DNA of 64,000 nucleotides from the IMG/VR virus record IMGVR_UViG_3300035670_000132, positions 1-64,000 of that record. One strand, written 5' to 3'. This stretch comes from a virus. The notes under the pieces were generated by a model that did not search any database, had not been told where the DNA came from, and was given only the letters and a program-made list of their open reading frames with translations. The translations under genes were made by a program, and so were the position numbers. Below, one piece after another: positions 27,625-36,640 of this stretch; the stretch's first letter is position 1, and each line of letters opens with the position of its first letter.

Positions 27625-28833
27625 ATGGGTGTTTTTTCTGGTCCAGAAATAGAAAACGATCAACTAATTCTGTGTGTAGACGCAGCGAATTCAAAAAGCT
27701 GGAGCTATAACGTTCATCCTAAGCCAATTGACATTGGTGCTTGGTGGACCGCATCTAGCAATAGTACAGTAACCAGAGATTTGACATTCACTGCGACGAC
27801 ACAATCGCCAGCGGGTGGTGTTCCTATAAAAATGATAGTTTCTGGTACAGATCCCTATATAACGTCAACGCAAGTTTATCTTGCGCCGGCAGCAGATGGT
27901 CAGACATGGACTATCAGCGTTTATGCCAAATCAAGTGTCGCTACTACAGGCGAGCTTTTTATTTTGGGATTGAATTCTTCCAATACATACGTTGAAGCGC
28001 CATCTGGCACAATAAACATAACTAATAATTGGCAAAGATTCTCTTACACATACACATTCACAAATGGAACTATAGCTGGAATAGCAATCAGACTAGATGG
28101 ACCAAACAGCGGTTTCGGCACAGATGGAGTGACTGCGCCAACAATTTGGTGGGATGGTCTTCAAGTAGAGCGCAACTCTTCAGCAACTGCATTCAATCCA
28201 GTAACTAATGCATCAGGAAACAAAGTTCTTGATGTGAGCCCGAATGACTACACAGCGTCTTTCGTCGGCTCAACATCACACAACAACACTGGAGCAAAAT
28301 CATTCGATACTAATGCAACAGCAGTGACTCAGAACAATAACATTGCTATTCCTACAATCACTTTTGCTGATGCGTCTTCATATTCACTTGATTTTTGGGT
28401 AAAAATTCGCTCTAGCGCTCCGTCAACGTTTCATAGTTTGACTGGAAACAACGCAACAGCGCCATGGGTTATTCTTTACACAAACGACACTACAGGCGCA
28501 AGTTGGTTCATGAGATTCAGAAACGCATCATCAACATATCAAGATTTTTCGAACGTCACTAACTGGAACATCCAATCAAATTGGGCTAATGTTACACTCA
28601 CAATTTCAAATTCTAGAGTTTGTAGTTTCTATTTGAATGGTATCTTTAGACAATCAATAACACTTGCAACTTCTGCTTTAGATGCGGTCACTATTGGTGG
28701 TGGATATTCTTCGGCAGGAAACTACTATCCGTTCCAGGGCAGCATAGGTCTCGCTAAGTTCTACACACAGACGCTGACTGCTGACGAAGTGAGAAAACAT
28801 TTCACTGCTAATCGTTCTAGATTTTCAGTTTGA
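27625..28833 (+). CDS. LamG/concanavalin A-like lectin protein, paralog 6
   Basis: GPEI..D.L.LCVDAAN.KSW ... FYLNG ... LTADEVRKHFTANRSRFSV. Confidence 0.8.
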   Translation: MGVFSGPEIENDQLILCVDAANSKSWSYNVHPKPIDIGAWWTASSNSTVTRDLTFTATTQSPAGGVPIKMIVSGTDPYITSTQVYLAPAADGQTWTISVYAKSSVATTGELFILGLNSSNTYVEAPSGTINITNNWQRFSYTYTFTNGTIAGIAIRLDGPNSGFGTDGVTAPTIWWDGLQVERNSSATAFNPVTNASGNKVLDVSPNDYTASFVGSTSHNNTGAKSFDTNATAVTQNNNIAIPTITFADASSYSLDFWVKIRSSAPSTFHSLTGNNATAPWVILYTNDTTGASWFMRFRNASSTYQDFSNVTNWNIQSNWANVTLTISNSRVCSFYLNGIFRQSITLATSALDAVTIGGGYSSAGNYYPFQGSIGLAKFYTQTLTADEVRKHFTANRSRFSV

Positions 28834-28877
28834 TAAATAGCTGAAGTTATAAAAACAATAAAAGGAACTGAAGAGTC

Positions 28878-30254
28878 ATGGCATACACAGACAAGAATCT
28901 AGTTATTACGCCTAACGTAGGCTCTGCGGGTGAAGATCCAACAATCACATTCAGTGGCGCCGATAGCACTCTCGGCGCACAATCACTTCAAGCGAGAATC
29001 TATCCAACATCAAACGGAACACTCTCATTCGAAGGCTCGGCTGGTCAGTTATTCAGCATAACAAACAGTTTGACTGGCACGATTTACTCAGTCAACGATG
29101 TATCTGGAATTCCAAGCATTGAAGTCTTCGACACAGGCGTAATTCGTCTCGCTCAGTACAGTGGAAGAGTTCTCATCGGTAATATCTCCGATAACGGCGT
29201 CGATACTCTTCAATTTGATCAAAATAGTAGTATACTATTTCAAAACATCAACGTAGCTAGTCAATTGACATCAAGTGTATCGACGGGAACTGCACCGTTC
29301 GTTGTCACATCAACTACTGCTGTCACTAACTTGAATGCAGACTTGGTTGATGGAATTCAAGGAGCATCTCTGCTAAGAAGTGACGCTTCTGATACATATT
29401 CTGGAGGTATTTTAACTGTATCAAATGACGCTGGAATAGACGTAACAAATACAGGACAAATCAACGGACTACAAATATATCAGCCCACCGTCAACGCTGA
29501 CGCTTTAATGTCTTTTCATATCTCTGGCGATTACGCAGTACATTTCGGCTTAGACGGAGAAACTAATGATCTAACAGTTGGCGGCTGGTCAAAAGGTGCT
29601 AACAAGTACAGAGTTTGGCACGCTGGAAATGATGGAGCATCTTCTGGTCTAGACGCTGACTTACTAGATGGTCAACATGGTTCATATTATACAACAGCGG
29701 GAAATCTTTCTGGAACAATACCTTCAGCGGTATTAGGCAATTCTACATTATACGTAGGAACTACAGCAATTGCACTCAATAGAAGTTCAGCTTCTCTATC
29801 TCTCACTGGAGTTAATATAGATGGATCTGCTGGCACATTTACTAGCACATCACAGAACTCAAGATTCAATTCTATAGGAGTTAATACTGCTGCTTCAGGA
29901 ACAGCAGGTGAAATTAGAGCTACAAATAACATCACAGCATATTTTTCTTCTGATAGAAAATTTAAAGAAAACGTTAAAGACGTTACAGATGCGACTGAGA
30001 TTGTTTCTGCAATAGGAGCAAAAACATTTGATTGGACTGATAGTTATATACAAGAACATGGAGGCGCTGACGGATATTTTGTTACAAAAAATGATTTTGG
30101 TGTAATTGCTCAAGATGTACAAGCAGTATTTCCGATGGCAGTAAGAACTCGCGAAGACGGATCACTTGCAGTTGATTACGGAAAACTAGCAATTTTAGCA
30201 TTCGCTGCAATTAAGGAACTTGCTGAAAGAATTAAAAAATTGGAAAATAAATAA
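28878..30254 (+). CDS. tail fibre protein with C-terminal intramolecular chaperone (peptidase S74-like)
   Basis: WHAGNDG..SGLDADLLDG fibre motif; SSDRKFKENV...GVIAQDV...P.AV...VDY.KL and a terminal coiled coil. Confidence 0.85.
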   Translation: MAYTDKNLVITPNVGSAGEDPTITFSGADSTLGAQSLQARIYPTSNGTLSFEGSAGQLFSITNSLTGTIYSVNDVSGIPSIEVFDTGVIRLAQYSGRVLIGNISDNGVDTLQFDQNSSILFQNINVASQLTSSVSTGTAPFVVTSTTAVTNLNADLVDGIQGASLLRSDASDTYSGGILTVSNDAGIDVTNTGQINGLQIYQPTVNADALMSFHISGDYAVHFGLDGETNDLTVGGWSKGANKYRVWHAGNDGASSGLDADLLDGQHGSYYTTAGNLSGTIPSAVLGNSTLYVGTTAIALNRSSASLSLTGVNIDGSAGTFTSTSQNSRFNSIGVNTAASGTAGEIRATNNITAYFSSDRKFKENVKDVTDATEIVSAIGAKTFDWTDSYIQEHGGADGYFVTKNDFGVIAQDVQAVFPMAVRTREDGSLAVDYGKLAILAFAAIKELAERIKKLENK

Positions 30255-30267
30255 AAAGGAAATTTAA

Positions 30268-32925
30268 ATGGCATTAAATCTATCAGGTCCGATTAGCATA
30301 GGAGGTCCTACAAGTGGTCAATCTATTAATTTAGAACTAGAAAAATCAGAAACTGCTACATCTAGTTTAAATGATGTAGATTTTAGATCATTAGCTAATG
30401 TTTTATCGGGTCCTATTAGTTTATCTGATTTTTACGGAAAAATTTATTTAAAGTATTTTATTTACTCTGCATCATCTGATGTCGGTGGAGGTAGTATACT
30501 TAAAGATTCCAAAGACGGAATTATTATTTTAAGATCACAAGGTGCAATGAGAATTTCAAAAACGGGTAATAGGTCTTGGTCTAAAACATATAATACATCG
30601 ACAAAGGGTATCACTCAAAGTCCTTCAAATCCTGACATAATTTTTATTGTAACCAGTGGCGGTAACAGTTCCAATGAAAATGGAGTATTAAGAATAGATG
30701 CATTAACTGGTAATGCAATTTGGCATAAAAGGATAGAACCTTTTAACAGTGACAACCTTAAAGATAGTATAGTGTGTGACAATAATTATGTTTACGTAAT
30801 ATGTAGAGGAAACGGATTAACAATAATAAAACTAGATTATTCAGGAAATTTCGTATCTAGTTATAATTTAACAATACCTAGTGTTGGATGGACGGGAGGT
30901 GCAGCATTTGATCCTACATTTTCTAATATTTATATAGCAGGAAGAGAACAACCTTTCTACACAGGATTGTTATGTAAATATTCTCTATCGAGTAATGCTG
31001 TACAGTGGATAAAAAGAACACCCACTTATTCGGAATTCTCTGCCGTATACGCATCATCTACTCAAATATTAGCAGGAGGAATGCACGACTCATCGACAGG
31101 AAATCGTGGATTTCTTGTAAGTTTTGATGTTAATGGAAATATTATATGGCAAAAAGGCATGGGAGGTACACAGGCTGCTATAACAGGAATAACTATGGAC
31201 GACTCTGGAAATATATGGTGTGCAGGCACAAATAAATTTTCCGGAAATCAAGCCGGCATAATTTTCAAATTAAATTCAAACGGTGATTACTTAGCCCAGC
31301 GTGAAATTGCAATCGATCCAGTACAATCCTTTACGGGAGCAAAAATTACATCATTACGATTAGTCGGCAATAATTTATTTTTTGGTGGATCGTTTTTTGT
31401 GCCAAATCAAACTTCTCAAGTATTTGCAATGGTTGGACTTTTACCTTCCGACTTAACTTTAACAGGCGAATATTTTAATAATAGTATTTCTATATATTCT
31501 CCTTATCTTGCTAATTATGCATATGCTACTGTAAATCTGCCTCAAGCAGCCACAACATATTCTTTAACTGATGTTAGCTTTAGCATCACAACTGATTCAA
31601 TTTCTTTCTCAAATCTTATAATAGTTGAAAATAATATTTCTGCTGGAACAGAATATAAAGCGTTTCCCTCTCCGCATTGGACATTAAAAGTGGGATCCAA
31701 TAATAATTATTGTCGTCAGATTACAGTTGATATATTCAATAATATATATGCTTTAATTAAGTCGACCTATATATTAACACTTTCAAAATATACACAAGAA
31801 GGTGATTTAGTTTGGACTAGAAATATTTCAAATAATTTTTCTCAAGTAGGATCATTAGGAGCAGTAAAAACAGATAGCTCGGGAAACATTTATATTGCCG
31901 GATCGTTTGGAAATCAAGGATATATTGCAAAATTTGATTCGTCTGGAAATATTCAATGGGCAAAACATAATAGCCCTCAGAATGTAAACAGTTATCATAA
32001 TATGGCGATAGATTCATCTGCAAATTTATATACGGTCGGAACAACAACTAATTATCCGGGATTTGAAAATATACTTTTAGTGAAATATGATTCGTCTGGT
32101 AATCTATTATGGGCAAAATATGTGGCTACACTTCAAGGTGAATCAGATAATGGATATGGTGTTGATGTTGATGCTTCTGGAAATATTTATGTTTCAGGAT
32201 CAATACGTGTGTCTACGTTTGATACCGGACAATTTAGTATTTTAAAATTAGATTCTAACGGAGCACTTTTATGGGGTAAATTCCTTGGTTTAACTACAGG
32301 AACTAATTTGGATTATGCAAGAGGATGTATAGTAAATTCTTCAGGAGTGTATGTTGCAGGTTATAGTTTTTCAGAAGGATCATCTGTACCTGTAATGGTT
32401 TTAGTAAAGTATGACACATCTGGTACTTTGCAATGGAAAAAAAAGTTAGATGATGGTAATACTAGTAATAGTAAATATTTTTTTAATATTGTCTATGATA
32501 GAAATTTTAATATCTATGTTATTGGATATACTGTAAATTCAGGTGTATATTCAAATAATATTGCAAAATTTGATACATCCGGAAATTTAATTTGGCACAG
32601 GAGGTTATCACATGGTGCTACATATGAATTTTCTGAAGCTATAGCTGTTAATTATTCTGATGTATTTATTGGAGGAACAGCCGGCAATGCTGCTATGATA
32701 GCTAGATTACCTAATGACGGATTTTTAACAGGAACATACAATAATGGTGTAAGTTATACTAATATTGAGGGTTCATTTACTTTAAGTGATGCAACTATAA
32801 CTGAAACTAGTGCATCAATTAGCATATCAAATGCATCTTCAATTGTTAATAATGATGCTATAAATTCATACAATATTACAACTACAGCTCTTCCTTCGGT
32901 GACAAAAACATTATTGACAGCATAA
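30268..32925 (+). CDS. putative receptor-binding adhesin with beta-propeller repeats
   Basis: N-terminal MAL..SG.IS....ISLSDFYGK motif typical of proteins following S74 fibres; many DSSGNIY..G / KYD.SG.L.W.K (SBBP-like) repeats in two blocks. Confidence 0.75.
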   Translation: MALNLSGPISIGGPTSGQSINLELEKSETATSSLNDVDFRSLANVLSGPISLSDFYGKIYLKYFIYSASSDVGGGSILKDSKDGIIILRSQGAMRISKTGNRSWSKTYNTSTKGITQSPSNPDIIFIVTSGGNSSNENGVLRIDALTGNAIWHKRIEPFNSDNLKDSIVCDNNYVYVICRGNGLTIIKLDYSGNFVSSYNLTIPSVGWTGGAAFDPTFSNIYIAGREQPFYTGLLCKYSLSSNAVQWIKRTPTYSEFSAVYASSTQILAGGMHDSSTGNRGFLVSFDVNGNIIWQKGMGGTQAAITGITMDDSGNIWCAGTNKFSGNQAGIIFKLNSNGDYLAQREIAIDPVQSFTGAKITSLRLVGNNLFFGGSFFVPNQTSQVFAMVGLLPSDLTLTGEYFNNSISIYSPYLANYAYATVNLPQAATTYSLTDVSFSITTDSISFSNLIIVENNISAGTEYKAFPSPHWTLKVGSNNNYCRQITVDIFNNIYALIKSTYILTLSKYTQEGDLVWTRNISNNFSQVGSLGAVKTDSSGNIYIAGSFGNQGYIAKFDSSGNIQWAKHNSPQNVNSYHNMAIDSSANLYTVGTTTNYPGFENILLVKYDSSGNLLWAKYVATLQGESDNGYGVDVDASGNIYVSGSIRVSTFDTGQFSILKLDSNGALLWGKFLGLTTGTNLDYARGCIVNSSGVYVAGYSFSEGSSVPVMVLVKYDTSGTLQWKKKLDDGNTSNSKYFFNIVYDRNFNIYVIGYTVNSGVYSNNIAKFDTSGNLIWHRRLSHGATYEFSEAIAVNYSDVFIGGTAGNAAMIARLPNDGFLTGTYNNGVSYTNIEGSFTLSDATITETSASISISNASSIVNNDAINSYNITTTALPSVTKTLLTA

Positions 32926-32926
32926 T

Positions 32927-33859
32927 ATGAAACAACTTAACAAAATAAATATAGATTTAAATTTACAACCATCACCAAAAGACGCAAGAGACTTCTTAGC
33001 GTCTGTAAACTATAGTGACAAAGAGTTTCTTCCTGCGCATGTTGACTTGTTGCCAGACGTTGAAGAAGTAGAGAATCAGTATCAGACTGGTTCATGCACA
33101 GCAAACGCAGCAGCAACAGCACTTGAAATCACATATAAACGCGCAGGAAAGAGCAAAGACTTCTCTAGACTCTACAATTATTGGTACTCTAGAGCTATCG
33201 GAAACATCTCTGGCGACAAAGGCGCTTATCCTCGCGATGTATGCAAAGCTCTAAACAAGCATGGTATTTGCTTAGAGTCTACTTGGGAATTCGACATCGA
33301 GAAAAATCTGAACGTAGAGCCTTCTATAGATGCGCAAGAGGAAGCAAAACAGTATCCTGTGCATGAGTATGCGAGACTAGATGATGACAGAGATATCGTT
33401 GTTGAAATCAAAAAAGCTGTAGCTGCTGGTATTCCAGTGATGACATCGATCAAAGTGTCTAAAGGATTCAATTCTCTCGGATTGAACTGGAAAGAACACG
33501 ATTGGGATCCAGAGCAAGAGCCAATTGGAGCGCATCAAGTCGTCATTATCGGCTACGATGACAAAGCTCAAAGATTTCTAGCACAAAACTCATGGGGAAA
33601 TCGATGGGCAGACGGCGGATTCTTTGGCATTCCATACACTAGAATAGGAACTGACTACTACGTCAAATCGACATCTTCATATGAGTATTGGATTTTGACT
33701 AAACTTGATGTTCCTTACGTTGACGCTGATGGAACAGAGACAGATCCATACAACATTATAGAAATTGAACGCAGCAAGAGTGAGCAGACAAAGAATTTAC
33801 TCTTCGCTGTTATTTTTGGAAGCATTTTCGCATTCATTATGATGATGTTGACTCGATAG
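32927..33859 (+). CDS. papain-like cysteine peptidase (family C1A) with C-terminal transmembrane helix
   Basis: NQ..TGSCTANA (Gln, Cys), GAHQVVIIGYDD (His), QNSWG..W.DGG (Asn); hydrophobic tail LLFAVIFGSIFAFIMMML. Confidence 0.88.
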   Translation: MKQLNKINIDLNLQPSPKDARDFLASVNYSDKEFLPAHVDLLPDVEEVENQYQTGSCTANAAATALEITYKRAGKSKDFSRLYNYWYSRAIGNISGDKGAYPRDVCKALNKHGICLESTWEFDIEKNLNVEPSIDAQEEAKQYPVHEYARLDDDRDIVVEIKKAVAAGIPVMTSIKVSKGFNSLGLNWKEHDWDPEQEPIGAHQVVIIGYDDKAQRFLAQNSWGNRWADGGFFGIPYTRIGTDYYVKSTSSYEYWILTKLDVPYVDADGTETDPYNIIEIERSKSEQTKNLLFAVIFGSIFAFIMMMLTR

Positions 33860-33866
33860 AAAACTG

Positions 33867-33912
33867 GAAGATTCCTTGTTGTATAAATAGAGAAAAACAA
33901 CAAGGAATCTTC
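33867..33912 (+). promoter_or_regulatory. late promoter (TATAAATA 33882-33889) within a 16-bp perfect inverted repeat that covers the gp13 SD
   Basis: GAAGATTCCTTGTTGT (33867-33882) and ACAACAAGGAATCTTC (33897-33912). Confidence 0.85.
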
Positions 33913-33914
33913 AC

Positions 33915-34661
33915 ATGGCAAGAATCACAACCCGCGAAGAGTTCAAGCAACACATTCTTAGAAATCTCGGTGCTCCGCTACTAGAAATCAACGTATCTGA
34001 TGATCAGATAGATGATGCTGTAGATGAATCGCTGCAATACTACTACGATTATCACTTTGATGGCACAGAAAAAGTCTACTTAGCACATCAAGTGACTGAG
34101 CAAGATATCGCGAATAGATATCTCACGATTCCAGAAAATATGATCAGTGTCATCAACATCTTTGACATTGGCACTAGCATCTCATCGTCTAACAATCTAT
34201 TTAACATTAGATATCAACTTGCATTGAATGACTTGTTTGCATTTAATACTGGACCATTTGCTTCGTATTACATGACGCTACAGAACGTAGCACTTGCTGA
34301 AGAGCTATTTGTTGGTAAGCAAGCAATTAGATTCAATCGTCACACAAACAAGCTCTACATTGATATGGCATGGAATGAAAAAACTCCTGCTGGCGATTAC
34401 ATCATTGTTGAAGGCTATCAAATTGTAGATCCAGAAACTTATCCAGACGTATGGGAAGATCGCTGGCTCAAGCGCTATGCGACAGCTATGCTGAAACAGC
34501 AATGGGGAACTAATCTCAAGAAGTTCGAGGGCATCGCTATGCCAGGCGGTGTCACATTCAACGGACAGAAAATATATGACGAAGCTGCTGCTGAACTTGA
34601 AAAGTTGGAAGCCGAGATGATTAGCAGTTACAGTCTTCCAGTTTCTGATATGATGGGATAA
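33915..34661 (+). CDS. gp13: neck protein gp13
   Basis: LR.LGAP..EINV.DDQ..D..D..LQY..DYHFDG; W..RWLK.YATA..K.QWG.NL.KF.G...PGGVT.NG. Confidence 0.93.
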   Translation: MARITTREEFKQHILRNLGAPLLEINVSDDQIDDAVDESLQYYYDYHFDGTEKVYLAHQVTEQDIANRYLTIPENMISVINIFDIGTSISSSNNLFNIRYQLALNDLFAFNTGPFASYYMTLQNVALAEELFVGKQAIRFNRHTNKLYIDMAWNEKTPAGDYIIVEGYQIVDPETYPDVWEDRWLKRYATAMLKQQWGTNLKKFEGIAMPGGVTFNGQKIYDEAAAELEKLEAEMISSYSLPVSDMMG

Positions 34662-34663
34662 AC

Positions 34664-35476
34664 GTGGCACGAAATCGGTTTTTCAATCAATACACTCCTG
34701 TCAAACAGGAGCAATCGCTTGTAGAGGATTTGATCATTGAATCGATCAAAATCTACGGCGTAGATGCGTATTATTTGCCTAGAACGCATGTCAACTTAGA
34801 CAGACTGTTCGGTGAAGATGCGTCAATGAGATTTGACGACGCATTAGAAATGGAAATGTATGTCAAATCATACGAAGGCTTTCAAGGTCAAGAGGACTTT
34901 CTCTCGAAGTTTGGTCTTCAAATTGACGAACAAATCACATTCGTTGTAGCTCAGAAGCGATTCAATCAAGCGTTGAAGCAATGCTTGATGACTGAATACA
35001 ATTACAATTTAGTTACTCAAGAAGGCGACGAGATTCTTCAAGAATCGACGTATGACTATGAGAGCATCATCAGACCACGAGAAGGTGATTTGATTTGGTT
35101 TCCAATGGCTGGATACATGTATGAAGTCAAGTTCACAGAGAACATAGAGAACTTCTTTCAGCTAGGCAAGCTCTACACATATGAACTTCGTTGCGAACGT
35201 TACGAATATTCAAGCGAGAAACTAGACACTGGCATCGCAGACATCGACAACGTAGAAGAGACTTTCAGTCAATCTTCAGAGTTTGTTGCAAAAGTATCAT
35301 CTGAAGATGGAACAATTCTTCTTCTAGAAGAAGGCAGTTATCTCGTTCTTGATGAGAACAACATTCAACGACAAGACGTCACAGCAGACAATGAATACAT
35401 TCAGTCTAAGATAAACGAAGACGACATTCTAGATTTCTCAGAGAGAAATCCATTCTCAGCAGTTGGAGCATACTAA
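34664..35476 (+). CDS. gp14: neck protein gp14
   Basis: GTG start; EQ.LVEDL.IESIKIYG....YLPR, LSKFGL, RP.EGDLI.FP, FFQLGK, DFSE.NPF. Confidence 0.92.
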   Translation: MARNRFFNQYTPVKQEQSLVEDLIIESIKIYGVDAYYLPRTHVNLDRLFGEDASMRFDDALEMEMYVKSYEGFQGQEDFLSKFGLQIDEQITFVVAQKRFNQALKQCLMTEYNYNLVTQEGDEILQESTYDYESIIRPREGDLIWFPMAGYMYEVKFTENIENFFQLGKLYTYELRCERYEYSSEKLDTGIADIDNVEETFSQSSEFVAKVSSEDGTILLLEEGSYLVLDENNIQRQDVTADNEYIQSKINEDDILDFSERNPFSAVGAY

Positions 35477-35479
35477 ACC

Positions 35480-36205
35480 ATGTTTGGTCACGATTTCTAT
35501 CACGGCTCAGTCAGACGTTATGTTATAATGTTTGGCAATCTATTCAACGAAATGCAGATCGGCAGATTTGACGAGAACGGAACACGAATCGACACGTTGA
35601 ATGTGCCCATCTCATATGGTCCTAAACAGCGTTTCATTGAACGTGTGCTAGCTGATCCAACGCTGAATAGAGCAGTATCGACAACTTTGCCGAGAATCGC
35701 TTTCTCAATGGCAAGTATGAACTATGCACCAATGAGAAAGTTGAATAGTACACTGAAGTTCAAGAACAATCTAGTGCTACCATCTGCTAGTGGGCAGACA
35801 ACGTATGCTCCAGTGCCATATGACTTCAACTTCACACTGTCTATTCTAGTCAAAAACGCAGAAGACGGAACTCAATTGATTGAAAAGATTCTTCCGTTCT
35901 TCACGCCAGACTACACAGTGACAATGAGAGTGCTACCACAGTTATCGGTGACAATGGATGTTCCAATCGAACTCATCGCGATAACTTCAGACGACAGTTA
36001 TGAGGGCGACTTCGACACATCTCGCAGAGTTCTCACTTGGGACCTTCAATTCATTGTCAAAGGCTACTTGTGGGGTCCAGTTACAACATCTAAGTATATC
36101 ACAGAAGCTGAGATCAAGCTATTCGACGGCCTTGACGCTGAAGATGAGTATTGGATAGCAAAAACAACAGCAAATACAGCAGGAACATTTCTAACTGAAA
36201 AGTGA
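35480..36205 (+). CDS. gp15: tail sheath stabilizer/terminator gp15
   Basis: FYH....RY...FG.LFN, VPI.YGPKQ.F, LPR..F, PVPY, Q..E.ILP.F.P. Confidence 0.92.
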   Translation: MFGHDFYHGSVRRYVIMFGNLFNEMQIGRFDENGTRIDTLNVPISYGPKQRFIERVLADPTLNRAVSTTLPRIAFSMASMNYAPMRKLNSTLKFKNNLVLPSASGQTTYAPVPYDFNFTLSILVKNAEDGTQLIEKILPFFTPDYTVTMRVLPQLSVTMDVPIELIAITSDDSYEGDFDTSRRVLTWDLQFIVKGYLWGPVTTSKYITEAEIKLFDGLDAEDEYWIAKTTANTAGTFLTEK

Positions 36206-36211
36206 TAATGC

Positions 36212-36640
36212 ATGAAAAAAACTATTGATGAAAAATTAAATGCAGTTTTTGACATTGTTCCTAACGTGATCAATGAGCAAAGCGAATCAAACATAGTTGA
36301 GACTTCTCAACAAAAGCAATCGACAGAAGAAGACGCTAACGTTGATGAAGACTATGAATACGCGAGAAACAATCTTCGCGGTTTGATTGAGAATGGCAAG
36401 ATCGCAATGGAAAACATCATCTTCTTAGCGAAAGAAGGCGAATCGCCTCGCGCATACGAAGTTGTTGGTCAATTGATCAAAACTCTAGCAGACACTAACA
36501 AAGACTTACTTGAACTAGGCAAAAAAGCTCGCGAAGCTAAAGGCAAAGACAAAGCAGAGCAGCAACAGCCACAGAACGTAACTAATGCACTTTTTGTTGG
36601 AAGCACAGCGGAGCTACAAAAAATGATCAAAGGTAAGTAA
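36212..36640 (+). CDS. gp16: terminase small subunit
   Basis: DYEYAR.NL..LIE.G, E.PRAYEV..QLIK, NALFVGST.ELQK. Confidence 0.92.
   Translation: MKKTIDEKLNAVFDIVPNVINEQSESNIVETSQQKQSTEEDANVDEDYEYARNNLRGLIENGKIAMENIIFLAKEGESPRAYEVVGQLIKTLADTNKDLLELGKKAREAKGKDKAEQQQPQNVTNALFVGSTAELQKMIKGK

Noticed and set aside
15784-32925. Diversity-generating retroelement or invertible tail-fibre cassette
   Set aside because: No reverse transcriptase or recombinase in the window. Repeat differences are mostly synonymous, not adenine-specific, and all cassettes lie on one strand.
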